Shown one piece after another: positions 10,556-23,614 of a stretch of DNA of 64,000 bases. Position numbers and translations under genes: made by a program. A model generated the notes under the pieces. The model did no database searches, was not told the DNA's origin, and worked only from the letters and a program-made list of their open reading frames with translations. Within the stretch, counting starts at the first letter, position 1. The number at the start of each line of letters is the position of its first letter. The stretch spans positions 288,001-352,000 of the forward strand of contig CAVPSB010000012.1 in the NCBI GenBank assembly GCA_963708025.1, read 5' to 3'. The DNA is from an uncultured Candidatus Rokubacteria bacterium (lineage in GTDB: Bacteria > Methylomirabilota > Methylomirabilia > Rokubacteriales > DASRDR01).

Positions 10556-10602
10556 CCGGATCCGGCAAAGCCTCGCGAGCCAGGGCCCGAGCGGAGGCCG
10601 CT

Positions 10603-10639
10603 CCCTCTCCCTTCCAGGGAGAGGGTCGGGGTGAGGGTC
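10603..10639. repeat. REP-like palindrome family D, copy 1
   Basis: CCCTCTCCC-TTCCA-GGGAGAGGG followed by GGGGTGAGGG; related copy at 30993-31031. Confidence 0.75.
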
Positions 10640-10678
10640 CATGGGGCTGCGTGGTTCACCCTGACCCTCTGGGGTCAT

Positions 10679-10749
10679 GCCTTCCTCTCCGAGAAGATCA
10701 TCCAGGCGTGACGGCCGGCGCCGCCCGATGAGCGGGCGCGACGGATCGG
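10679..10749 (+). repeat. Direct repeat, copy 2 (relic of permease 3' end)
   Basis: GCCTTCCTCTCCGAGAAGATCATCCAGG...GGATCGG, diverged copy of 8211-8282. Confidence 0.9.
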
Positions 10750-10765
10750 CGGGGAGGCCTCCGGC

Positions 10766-11878
<1,113 letters not shown>

Positions 11879-12147
11879 CGCCGCGAGTCAGCGGACCGGA
11901 TCCTCGAAATCGAAGAAGGAGCCTCGAGGCGGCGCGGATTCGGAGTATCCTGGGGTCGCCCCGAGCACGCCGCGAGATCGTCTCCGGCTGGATCTCGTCC
12001 TCGCATCGCGTGACAATGAGGCCTGGGAGGTGACGATGGACGTCCGGCACAGTGTTCCCCGGCCCGACCGCCCGGGCCACGGGCGCCGCTCGAGCGCTCG
12101 ATCGAAGGGCTCGGCTCAGGCTCACCCGAAGCGGTAAGGGCGGGTAC

Positions 12148-15100
12148 ATGAGCGTCCCATCTCGCAACGGGCAGCCGGCGCTCGCCGCGATCGCCGAGAC
12201 CGCCGCCCGCCTGTCCCGCGCCACCGAGGCCCTCGTCTACCGAAGGGAGGGCGACCAGCTCCGGTTGGTCGCCAGGCACGGATCACCTCGGACGAGGAAG
12301 GCCTCCGGCGACGTGCATCCGATCGACCGCCGCACGACCCTCGGCCGCGCCATCCTCGACGGCCGGACGAGCCGGGCCGGAGCCGCCGTCGCGACGCCGA
12401 TGCTCCGGGATGGTGCCCCCGTCGGCGCCATCGCGGTCCGTCGCGTGAAGGCGCGCCCCTTCTCGAACGAGCAGATCGGCCTCCTCGAGGTGTTCGCCGG
12501 CCTGGCGGCCGTCGCCATCGGGGAGCTGGATGCGCGCGATCGCGAGCTGGTCGAGTCGCTGGAGCAGCAGGCGGCCACCGGCGCGATCCTGCGGGTCATC
12601 TCGAGCTCACCGACCGACGTCCAGCCGGTGTTCGATGCCATAGCCCGCAACGTGGTGCGGTTGTGCGACGCGGCCTACAGTGTGATCGGGAGGTACGACG
12701 GCCAGCTCCTGCATCTGGTCTCCCACGCGCATGTCCGAGCGGAGGGTGTGGAGGCGCTACAGCAACTGTTCCCGATGCGCCCGAGTCGGGCGACCACCAC
12801 TGGCCGGGCCATCCTCGACCGGACCGTGGTGCATGTGCCGGACGCGCTCGAAGACCCCGAGTACGCCAGACCGGTGGCTCTGGCGATCCAGAACCGGAGC
12901 ACTCTGGCGGTGCCGATGCTGCGCGACGGTGAGCCGATCGGGACGATCTCCGTCGGACGGCTCGAGCCCCGGCCGTTTACCGAGAAGCAGATCGAGCTCC
13001 TCAAGACCTTCGCCGACCAGGCGGTGATTGCGATTGAGAACGTCCGCCTGTTCCGGGAGCTGGAGGCGCGCAATGGCGCGCTCACCGAAGCGCTGGACCA
13101 GCAAACGGCGACGGCGGAGATCCTGAGGGTCATCAGCAGATCGCCGAACGACGTTCAGCCCGTGTTCGACATCATCGGAACGAGCGCAAAGACGCTGTGC
13201 GATGCCGAGATCAGCGTTGTCTCGCGGTTCGATGGTGAGCTGATCCACCTGGTCTCCTTGCACGGGGTCACCCCCGAGGGCGTGGAGGCCGTGCGGGATG
13301 CGTTCCCCATGCGTCCGGACACCGGGTCGGTGTCGGCGCGCGCGGTCCGGGCTCGTGCGGTCGTTCATGTCCCGGACGTCCTCACCGATCCCGATTACGA
13401 GCGAAAGGATGCGGCGCGGGCGAGCGGCTACCGAGGCTGCCTCGGGGTGCCGATGGTCCGCGAAGGGCAAGTCATCGGTGCGATCTTCGTCGCCCAGAGG
13501 AGACCGGGGCTCTTCGCCGACACGCAGGTCGAGCTGCTCAAGACCTTCGCCGACCAGGCGGTCATCGCGGTCGAGAACGTCCGCCTGTTCACGGAGTTGC
13601 AGGCGCGAAATCGCGAGCTGACGGAGACGCTCGAGCAGCAGACGGCGACCGGCGAGATCCTGCGTGCCATCTCCAGCTCGCCGACCGATGCGCAGCCGGT
13701 CTTCGATACCATCGCCCGGAGCGCCATGCGTCTCTGCGAGGGCAGCTTCGCTGTGGTCAGCCGGTACGACGGAGCCTTCCTGCACCTCGCGGCGCACGCA
13801 CACGCCACCGCCGAGGGCGTGGACGTCATGCGGCAGATCTTCCCGACGCGTCCCAGCCGGATCAACCTGGTGGGCCGCGTGATCCTGACGGGCGCCGTCG
13901 TTCACGTGCCGGACGTGCAGGCCGATGCGGAGTACAACCCGGCGCTCAGCCAGACCCTCGGGAATCGCAGCTCGATCGCCGTGCCGATGCTGCGCGACGG
14001 TCAGCCGATCGGCGCAATCATGGTGGGTCGCCTCGAGGTCCGTCCGTTCTCCGACACCCACATGGCGCTGCTCAAGACCTTCGCCGACCAGGCGGTCATC
14101 GCCATCGAGAACGTGCGCCTGTTCACCGAGCTGGAGGCGCGGAACCAGGATCTCACCGAGGCCCTCGAGCAGCAGACCGCGACGGGGGAGATCCTCAAGG
14201 TCATCAGCGGCGCACAGACCGACGCGCAACCCGTCTTCGACACGATCGTGAAGAGTGTGGTCCGACTGTGCGACGGCGTCTTCACCACGGTCTTTCGGTT
14301 CGATGGCAGCGTGATCTATCCCGTGGCCCATCACCACACCGTCACGTCGGCGGGACTCGAGGTCTTCGAGCGTGTGTATCCGATGCCCCCCGGGCGAGCG
14401 AGCGTCGTCGCTCGGGCTGTCCTCGACCGGGCCGTCGTGCACGTGCTCGACGTGGACAGCGATGCCGAGATTCCGCCGGCATCGAGAGAGCTCGCGCGGG
14501 CCGTCGGCTACCGCAGCATCCTCGGCGTGCCGATGTTACGGGACGGGAACCCGATCGGGGCTATCGGGGTCGGACGGAGGGCAGTGAATGGCCAGGCCCG
14601 GCCGTTCACCGACAAGGAGATCGCCCTCCTCCAGACCTTCGCCGACCAGGCGGTGATCGCGATCGAGAACGTCCGGCTCTTCAAGGAGCTGGAGGCCAAG
14701 AACCGCGACCTGACCGAGACGCTGGAGCAGCAAACGGCGACGGGCGAGATCCTGCGGGTCATCTCGAGCTCGCCGACCGACGTCCAGCCGGTGTTCGACA
14801 CGATCGCCCAGAGCGCGAGGCAACTCTGCGAGGCTCAGTTCTGCGCACCTCTTCCGGTTCGATGGCAAGCTGCTCCACTTCGTGGCCCACCATGGACTCA
14901 CGCCCGAGGGGGTCGAGGCCGTGCGGCGCGGCTATCCCATCGCGCCGGGCCGGGGCAGTGCGGCCGCCCGGGCGGTCCTCAGTGGCGCCGTCGAGCACAT
15001 CCCGGACGTCCACGCGGACCCGGACTACGGGCATCGGCGCGATCGCCAGGGTCGTCAGCCTTCCGCAGCATCGTGGCGGTCCCGATGCTCCGCGACGGCG

Positions 15101-18100
15101 TCCCCGATCGGGGCGATCGGGGTTGCGCGATCCCAGGCCGGACTCTTCCCCGCCCGGCAGATCGACCTGCTCAAGACCTTCGCCGACCAGGCGGTGATCG
15201 CGATCGAGAACGTCCGGCTCTTCCAGGAGCTGGAGGCCCGGAACCGCGACCTGACCGAGACGCTGGAGCAGCAGACGGCGACCGGCGAGATCCTGCGCGT
15301 CATCTCGAGCTCGCCGACCGACGTCCAGCCGGTGTTCGAGTCGATCGTCGCCAGCGCGGTCAGGCTCTGCGACGCCTCGTTCGGCGGGGTGCTGCGCTTC
15401 GACGGCGAGCTCATGCACGTCGCGGCGGCGCACAACGTGGAGCCGGAGCGGCTGGACGCCTTCCACCGCCATTTCCCCATGCGCCCGACCGCGGACATTG
15501 CCATTGGACGCGCGATTCTGGAGCGGGCGACCGTCCACTTCGAGGACGTTCTACGGGAGCCGTCCAACCCGCTGCGGGAGGCCGTCGCAGCGGCTCTCGA
15601 GTACCGAGCCTGGCTGGCGGTGCCCATGCTGCGTGACGGGCTGCCGATCGGTGTCATCTTCTGCTGGCGACGGGAGCCGCGGGCGTTCAGCGACAAGCAG
15701 ATCGCGCTGCTCCAGACCTTCGCCGACCAGGCGGTCATCGCGATCGAGAACGTCCGGCTCTTCAAGGAGCTGGAGGCCCGGAACCGCGACCTGACCGAGA
15801 CCCTCGAGCAGCAGACGGCGACGGCGAGATCCTCGGGTGATCTCGGCTCGCCGACCGATGTCCAGCCCGTGTTCGACACGATCGCCCAGAGCGCGGCCGG
15901 CTCTGCGAGGCCAGTTCTGCACGTCTTTCGTTTGACGGCGAGCTCTGCACTTCGTGGGCCACCACGGGCTGACGCCGGAGGGGTCGAAGCCTCGCCGGCC
16001 TGGCCGATGGCGCCGCCGGGGTACGGGTGGGGCGGTCGATCTCGCGGGGTCGCGCACATTCCGGACGTCCGCGCGGACTGTGCGAGGCGACCGACGCGCA
16101 GATCTTCGCGTGGAGGGCGAAATCCTGCGGCTGGCCACGTCCTTCGGATCCATACCGATACATCCGGGGCGCCCCATCAGTCGCGGCTGGGTAACGGGGC
16201 GTTCCGTCGTTGACCGGAGAACGATCCATGTCCATGACCTCGCGGCCGAGACGGAAGCAGAGTTCCCCGATCGGCCGGGAGACCCAGAAGCTCTTTGGCC
16301 ATCGGACCACTCTCGCCACGCCCCTGTTGCGCGAGGAGCAGCCCCTCGGGGCCATCCTGATTCGCCGTCTGGAGGTCCGGCCCTTCTCGGACAAGCAGAT
16401 CGAGCTCCTCGAGACCTTCGCCGACCAGGCGGTGATCGCCATCGAGAACGTGCGCCTGTTCCAGGAGCTCGAGGCCCGCAACCGCGACCTGACCGAGACC
16501 CTGGAGCAGCAGACGGCGACCAGCGAGATCCTGCGCGTCATCTCGAGCTCGCCGACCGACGTCCAGCCGGTCTTCGACACGATCGCGGAGAGCGTCGTCA
16601 GGCTCTGCGACGGCCTCTTCAGTGGTGTGTTTCGGTTCGACGGCGACCTGATTCACTTCGTCGCTCACCACAACTGGACAGACGAGGGCGCTCGAGGCGG
16701 CTCGCGCGCGTGTTCCCAATGGCGCCGAGCCGGGAGTCCGTGGTCGCTACGGTCATCCTGGACCGCACCGTCGTCGAGGTGCCCGACTTCGAGAACGACC
16801 CGGGAGTGCCCCCGCCGTCCCTCTCGCTCGCCCGAGCCCTGGGCTATCGAAGCATGCTGGTGGTTCCGATGCTTCGCGAAGGGAACCCCATCGGGGCGAT
16901 CGCCGTCGCGTCGCGCCGAGCCCGGGTCGTTCTCGGACAAGCAGATCGAGCTGCTGAAGACCTTCGCCGACCAGGCGGTCATCGCCATCGAGAACGTGCG
17001 CCTGTTCAAGGAGCTCGAGACCCGGAACCGGGACCTGACCGACGCGCTGGAGCAGCAGACCGCCACCAGCGAAGTCCTGAAGGTCATCAGTCGCTCGACG
17101 TTCGATCTCCAGCCCGTCCTCGAGACGCTCATCGAGAACGCGACCCGGCTCTGCGGTGCCGAAGCCGGCGTCATCTACCGGTTCGATGGCGAGCTGCAGC
17201 GGCTGGCGGCCGCGTGCAACGTCTCTCCCGAGTTCCAGAGCTTCGTCACGCAGAACCCCCTTCGCCCCGGCCGCGGGAGCGTCGTGGGCCGGGCGGTGCT
17301 CGAGGGCCGGACGGTTCAGATCCAGGACGTGCTGGCCGATCCCGACTACGCATACCCGGGGGTCGGGCTCGGAGGTTACCGGTCGATCCTGGGGGTCCCG
17401 ATGCTGCGGGAGGGCGTGCCCATCGGGGTGTTCTCGCTCTGGAGGAACCAGGTCCAGCCCTTCACCGACAAGCAGGTCGAGCTGGTCTCGACGTTCGCCG
17501 ACCAGGGCGTCATCGCAATCGAGAACGTCCGCCTGTTCCAGGAGCTGGAGGCCCGCAACCGGGACCTGACGGCGACGAGCGAGATCCTCCAGGTGATCTC
17601 GCGCTCGCCGACGGACGTGCAGCCCGTGTTCGACACGATCGCCCAGAGTGCGGTCCGGCTGTGCGACGCGCTCTACACGTACCTCTTCCTGTTCGATGGC
17701 GAGATGCAGCGGTTCGTCGCGGCGCACAATGCGAGCCCCGAAGCCCTCGCCGTGATACGAGAGAGATTCCCGCGAAGGCCGACGCGTGGCTCCTATTCTG
17801 GTCGGGCCATTCTCGATCGCGCGGTCGTTCACGTTCCCGATGTGAGCCTGGATCCCCAGTACGAGTTCGGCGATGTCGCGAGAGCCGACAACTATCGTTC
17901 CGTGCTGGCGGCGCCGATGATCCGCGACGGGAGCCCGCTCGGTGCCGTCATGGTCGCCCGCCAGGCTCCGTTTTCTCAGAATCAGATCGAGCTCGTGAAG
18001 ACCTTCGCCGACCAGGCCGTCATCGCGATCGAGAACGTCCGTCTTTTCAAGGAGCTGGAGGCGCGCAACCGAGACCTGACCGAAACGCTGGAGCAGCAGA

Positions 18101-21100
18101 CCGCGACGGCGGAGATCCTGCGGGTCATCTCGAGCTCGCCGACCGACGTCCAGCCGGTGTTCGATGGCATCGCCGACGCCGCGCTGCGACTCTGTGGCGC
18201 CGCCAGCAGTATCGTGACGACCTTTGATGGCCAGCTGATCCACCTCTCGGCACAGGCCCAGATCAGGCCGGAAGGGTCCGATGCGTTTCGCCGCATCTAC
18301 CCCCGCCGTCCCGGCCGGGGCTTCGCCGCCGGCCGGGCCATTCTTACCCGGGCGATCGTGCGCATCGCCGATGTGCACGCGGATGCCGAGTACGAGCACC
18401 GCGCCCTCGCGCAGGCGGCCGAATTCCGAGGCATCCTCGCCGTCCCGATGCTGCGCGATGGGCTTCCCATTGGCACGATCAACGTCCACAAGGCCGAGGC
18501 CGCGCCTTTCACCGACGCCCAGGTCGAGTTGCTCAAGACCTTCGCCGACCAGGCCGTCATCGCGATCGAGAATGTTCGCCTGTTCCGGGAGCTGGAGGCG
18601 CGGACGCGGGAGCTGACCCGCTCGGTCGGGGAGCTCCGGGCGCTCGGCGAGGTCAGCCAGGCCGTCGGCTCCACGCTCGACCTCGAGACCGTGCTCGACG
18701 ACCATCGTGGGCCGCGCTGTCCAGCTTTCCGGCAGCGACAACGGCATCGTCTACGAGTTCGACGAGGCCACCCAGACCTTCCACGTTCGAGCCACGCACC
18801 AGGTCACGGCCGTCCACCTCGAGGCGCTGCGGACCTCGCCGATCCGGCTCGGCGAGGGGGCGGTCGGCCGGGCCGGGGTGATCCGGGAGCCCGTCCAGGT
18901 CGCCGACATCGAGGCGGAGTGGCAGCTCGTGGCTCCCCAGGTGCGGGCGCTCCACGCCCGGGAAGGCACGCGCTCGCTCCTCGCGGTCCCGCTCGTCCGG
19001 GAGGGGCGGCTGCTCGGGAGGCCTCGTGGTCCTGCGGCGCGAGCGGGGCGGCTTCTCCTCCGAGGTCGTCGCCACCCTCCAGACCTTCGCGGCCCAGTCG
19101 GTCCTGGCCATCCACAACGCGCGCCTCTTCCGGGAGATCCAGCGGCAGAAGCAATACTCGGAGGCCCTCGTGGAGACCAGCCCGGTCGCGATCGCGACCA
19201 TGGACCTCCGCGGGACGGTGGTGGGGTGGAACCCGGCCGCCGAGCGGCTCTTCGGGTACACGGCGGCCGAGGCCATCGGCCGCGACGTGGACGACCTGGT
19301 CGCGGCGCCGGAGTCGCGCGACGAGGCCCGGCGCGTCTCGGGCCGGACGCTGTCGGGCGAGCGCGTGCACGCCATCACGCAGCGCCACCGGAAGGACGGG
19401 AGTCCGGTGGACGTCGAGGTCTCGTCGGTGCCGGTGGTCGTGGACGGCGCCGAGGTGGGCTTCATCGCGATCTACCACGACATCTCGGAGCTGCTCCAGG
19501 CCCGCCGGGAGGCCGAGGCGGCCAACGAGGCCAAGAGCGCCTTCCTGGCGACGATGAGCCACGAGATCCGGACGCCGATGAACGCCGTGATCGGGATGAG
19601 CGGGCTCCTGCTGAACACCGCGCTGACCGACGAGCAGCGCGAGTACGCGGAGATCGTCCGCCAGAGCGGCGACACGCTCCTGACCGTGATCAACGACATC
19701 CTCGACTTCTCGAAGATCGAGGCCGGGAAGCTCGAGCTGGAGTCCCAGCCCTTCGACCTCCGGGAGTGCGTCGAGTCGGCGCTCGACCTCGTGGCCACCC
19801 GGGCCGCCGAGAAGGGCCTCGACCTGGCCTACCTGGTCGGCGACGGGACCCCCGCCGCCATCGTCGGCGACGTGACGCGCCTGCGCCAGGTCCTCCTGAA
19901 CCTGCTCTCGAACGCGGTCAAGTTCACCGAGCGGGGCGAGGTCGTCCTGTCGGTGAGCGCCCGCCGCCTGGACGGCCCGGCGCCGCTCCACGAGCTGACC
20001 TTCTCGGTCCGGGACACCGGCATCGGCATCGCGCCGGACCGGCTCGGCCGCCTGTTCCAGTCGTTCAGCCAGGTCGACGCCTCGACCACGCGCCGCTACG
20101 GGGGCACCGGCCTGGGACTGGTGATCAGCCAGCGGCTGACCGAGCTGATGGGCGGGCGGATCGGCGTCACCAGCGAGGTGGGGACGGGCAGCGAGTTCCG
20201 CTTCACGATCCGCGCGGCCGCCGCCGAGGTGCCCGCTCCGACCCGCCGCGACCTGAGCGGCGTGCAGCCGTCCCTTCGCGGCAAGCGCGTGCTCGTCGTG
20301 GACGACAACGCGACCAACCGCCGCATCCTCACCTCGCACCTGGACGTCTGGGGAATGAGCGCGCGGGCGACCGGCATCGCCCGGGCGAAGCGCTGGCGTG
20401 GATCCGGGCCGGCGAGGGCTTCGACGTCGGGATCCTCGACATGCACATGCCGGAGATGGACGGCGTGGCCCTGGCCCGGGCGATCCGGGAGCACCCGGCG
20501 GGGGCCGGGCTGCCGTTGATCCTCTTCACGTCGCTCGGCCGTCGCGAGGCTCGCGCCGAGGCCGAGGGCTTCGCCGCGTACCTCCACAAGCCCATCAAGC
20601 CGTCCCAGCTCTTCGACGCGCTGGTCTCCGTCCTGGCCGAGCAGCCCGTCCCGTGCGGGAGCGGGGGGTGGCGCGGAGCGAGCTCGACCCGGACATGGCC
20701 CGCCGTCACCCGCTCCGGATCCTCCTGGCCGAGGACAACGTCGTGAACCAGAAGGTGGCGCTCCGGCTCCTCGGGCAGCTGGGCTACCGGGCCGACGTGG
20801 CCGCCAACGGGCTGGAGGCCATCGACGCCGTCGAGCGGCAGGCGTACGACGTGGTCCTGATGGACGTGCAGATGCCGGAGCTCGACGGCCTCGAGGCCTC
20901 CCGCGAGATCAACCGGCGCTGGCCGGGCGAGCGCCGGCCGCGCCTCGTCGCCATGACGGCCAACGCGATGCAGGGCGACCGCGAGCTGTGCGAGGCGGCC
21001 GGGATGGACGACTACGTGGCGAAGCCGATCCGGGTGGAGGAGCTGGTGGCGGCGCTCGAGCGCTGCGGGTGGCGTCCGGAGGCGCGCCTGCGCGGGGCGC

Positions 21101-21490
21101 CGGCGGCCGACGACAGCGCGGTGGAGACGCCGCCGACGTCCCCGGCGATCGACCGGACCGTGTTCGAGCGGCTCACGGCGACCATGGGCCGCGAGTTCGT
21201 CGGCGAGCTGATCGACACGTTCGTCGAGGACGGGCGCGAGCTGATCGCCACGCTGCGACGGGCCCTGGCCGGGACGGACCTCGACGCCTTCCGCCGGGCC
21301 GCCCACTCCCTCAAGTCCAACGGCGAGACCCTCGGCGCGACCGGCCTGGCGACCCTGGCCAGGGAGCTGGAGGCCCTGGCCCGGGCCGGAAGCCTGGACG
21401 GGGCCGACGGAGCGGATCGAGCCGCTCGTCCGCGGGTACGAGACCGTCGCGCGCGCGCTCGGAGAGCTCCGACGTGACCTCCCCGCGTAA
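12148..21490 (+). CDS. Giant hybrid sensor histidine kinase: 13-14 tandem GAF, PAS, HisKA, HATPase, REC, REC, Hpt (several apparent frameshifts)
   Basis: Repeated [17 protein letters not shown] linker about every 540 bp across ORFs 12052, 14882, 16210 and 19026; [15 protein letters not shown]-box [51 protein letters not shown] and ILLAEDN..LMDVQMP; Hpt AAHSLKS; reconstructed stop TAA 21488-21490. Confidence 0.88.
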
Positions 21491-22529
21491 CCCGCAGCCC
21501 GGCGACCTCCTGGTGGTCGACGACAACCGGGTGAACCGGCTGCTGCTCGGGCGGGCCCTGGAGCAGCTCGGGCACACGGTCACGTTCGCCGAGAACGGGC
21601 GCGAGGCCCTGGAGGCGCTGCGGCAACGCCGCGTCGACCTGGTCCTGCTGGACATCGAGATGCCGGAGATGGACGGCTACCAGGTGCTGGCGGCCCTGGC
21701 TGCCGACCCGCGCCTCCGCGACCTCCCGGTCGTGATGATGTCGTCGGTGGAAGAGGTGGACAGCGTCGCCCGGTGCATCGAGATGGGCGCCGAGGACTAC
21801 CTCTTCAAGCCGGTGAACCCGGTGCTGCTCAAGGCTCGCGTCGGCGCCAGCCTGGAGAAGAAGCGGCTCCGCGATCGGCAACGCGAGCTGTTCCGGAAGT
21901 TCGCGACCGCCGAGGTGGCCGACGAGCTCCTGACCAGCGGCCTGGCGCTGGGCGGCAAGCACGTCGACGCCAGCGTGATGTTTTCCGACATCCGCGGGTC
22001 CACGCGCATCGCCGAGGTCCTGTCGCCGGCCGAGACGATCGAGCTCCTGAACAGCTACTACACGCTCATGTTCGACGCCATCGGCGGCCACGGCGGCATC
22101 GTCAACCAGATGCTCGGGGACGGCCTGATGGCAATCTTCGGCGCGCCGTTGCCCCGCGCGGATCATCGGGAGCGCGCGGTGCGGGCAGCCCTGGAGATGC
22201 TGGACCTGGTGGACGGGTTCAACCGGGAGCAGGCGCTCCGGGGCGGGGTGGAGATCCGGATCGGGATCGGCATCGCCTCCGGACCGCTGGTCGCCGGCTT
22301 CACCGGCACCGAGCGGCGCATGACCTACACCTGCGTGGGCGACTCCGTGAACCTCGCCGCCCACCTGGAGGCGCACACCAAGGTCGTCGGCCAGCCGATC
22401 CTGATCGACGACAACACGCGGGAGGGGCTCGGCGACGGGATCCGTGTCGAGTCGCACGGCCCGGCGCAGTTCAAGAGCCGGAGCCAGGCGGTGCAGGTCT
22501 ACTCGGTACCGGCCGGACAGCGGCCCTGA
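21474..22529 (+). CDS. Response regulator receiver fused to class III nucleotide cyclase
   Basis: REC LLVVDDN..LLDIEMP..YLFKP; cyclase [38 protein letters not shown] start overlaps the kinase end. Confidence 0.9.
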   Translation: MTSPRNPQPGDLLVVDDNRVNRLLLGRALEQLGHTVTFAENGREALEALRQRRVDLVLLDIEMPEMDGYQVLAALAADPRLRDLPVVMMSSVEEVDSVARCIEMGAEDYLFKPVNPVLLKARVGASLEKKRLRDRQRELFRKFATAEVADELLTSGLALGGKHVDASVMFSDIRGSTRIAEVLSPAETIELLNSYYTLMFDAIGGHGGIVNQMLGDGLMAIFGAPLPRADHRERAVRAALEMLDLVDGFNREQALRGGVEIRIGIGIASGPLVAGFTGTERRMTYTCVGDSVNLAAHLEAHTKVVGQPILIDDNTREGLGDGIRVESHGPAQFKSRSQAVQVYSVPAGQRP

Positions 22530-22539
22530 TGCTGAGCCG

Positions 22540-23430
22540 ATGACGATCGGGTGCCGCTTCCTGGATCGGGGGGGCCCGTACGAGCGCACCGTGACGGGCT
22601 GGGTCGACTCGTGCGAGGACTCGCTGCTCCAGTTCAGCGCTCGCTTCAGCGATGGACTGGTCGACCTCGAGGTCAGTGTCGTCGCCGAGCCGTCGCCGAG
22701 CTACCTGGTGTCATCGGCGACGGCGACGGCGCGATCGGAGGCGACGAGCCTGGAATGGGGCCATCTCCTGGAGACCTTCTCGGGGGTTCGAGGTCTTCGC
22801 ATCGTCTCGGGGTTCCGGCGGCAGGTCGCCAGTCTCCTGGGCGAGCATCCCCTGGCTGACTACCTTCTCGACGCGACGATCGAGGCCGCGCGGCTGTCGC
22901 GACAGGTGACCCAGATCGACGTTCCCGGCTCCACCCGACCGGGCCCGGCGGAGTTCCACCGTCTCGACCTCGAGGCCTGGCCGGAGCTCGTCGACCTGTG
23001 CTTCACCTACAGCCGGGGATCCGAGGCCCTCTTCGCCGAGCGGCCGGTGCGCACGCCGGCGATCGTCGAGATGTACTCCTCGCCGCCCGGGCGGAAGCTC
23101 GTCTTCCATCGCTACAAGCGGACCCATATCGCCCGCGCCGGCGACACCTTCTCGCTCTACCAGTCGATGTTCGATCACGTCCACGGGTTCGAGCTCTGGT
23201 ACGAGCTGGATGCGGGCAGCCACGAACTGCTGAGCGCGAGGGCCTTGACGCCCCGGCTTCCCTACATGGGCATCTGTGACGAGCCGCAGCGCCGGGTCCG
23301 GGACATGGTCGGCGTCAGGATCGGAGCGGACTGGCCCGGCGTCGTGCGGGCCCGGCTGGGCGGGCGGCAGGGCTGCTTCCAGCTGACCGACCTCACCAGC
23401 GACCTCTTCCGCCTCTTGACGGTCGGCTGA
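22540..23430 (+). CDS. DUF2889-like protein, probably two tandem domains
   Basis: C-terminal half D-x-x-H...LPYMGIC...GVRIG...LGGRQGCFQLTDL resembles DUF2889; N-terminal half has a similar GLRIVSGFRRQV segment. Confidence 0.6.
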   Translation: MTIGCRFLDRGGPYERTVTGWVDSCEDSLLQFSARFSDGLVDLEVSVVAEPSPSYLVSSATATARSEATSLEWGHLLETFSGVRGLRIVSGFRRQVASLLGEHPLADYLLDATIEAARLSRQVTQIDVPGSTRPGPAEFHRLDLEAWPELVDLCFTYSRGSEALFAERPVRTPAIVEMYSSPPGRKLVFHRYKRTHIARAGDTFSLYQSMFDHVHGFELWYELDAGSHELLSARALTPRLPYMGICDEPQRRVRDMVGVRIGADWPGVVRARLGGRQGCFQLTDLTSDLFRLLTVG

Positions 23431-23446
23431 GGCGTCGCCCGGCCCC

Positions 23447-23614
23447 GAGAGCGTGTGGAGGACTCGGGTTTCTCCGGCTCCCCCCTCCCCCCCGGTGGCC
23501 GCCGGAGGGCGGGACGTCGCGAGGGCCGCAGACCCGAGCCGTTCCGGCGTTCCGTCAAACAGAGGGGGCCAAAGGCCGAAGGCCGTCGAAAGATGGGGTA
23601 GGCGGAGGTTTCGA
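23447..23614 (+). repeat. Intergenic repeat family B, copy 1
   Basis: GAGAGCG...TCCGGCTCCCCCTCCCCC...AAAGGCCGAAGGCCGT...GGAGGT; first ~110 bp closely match 46644-46790. Confidence 0.88.

Noticed and set aside
11880-12010. Possible further structured element between the ATPase and kinase genes
   Set aside because: Only short imperfect stems and no second copy in the window, so it cannot be supported
12950-18600. Regularly spaced repeats as a CRISPR array or DGR template/variable repeats
   Set aside because: Repeats are over 100 bp, in-frame coding and ~540 bp apart; no cas genes, no reverse transcriptase and no adenine-specific mismatch pattern seen
12148-19130. GAF units as phytochrome or cyanobacteriochrome photoreceptors
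   Set aside because: No DIP/PASDIP or CH bilin-attachment motifs recognised; the recurring Cys is in the RLC helix next to the linker
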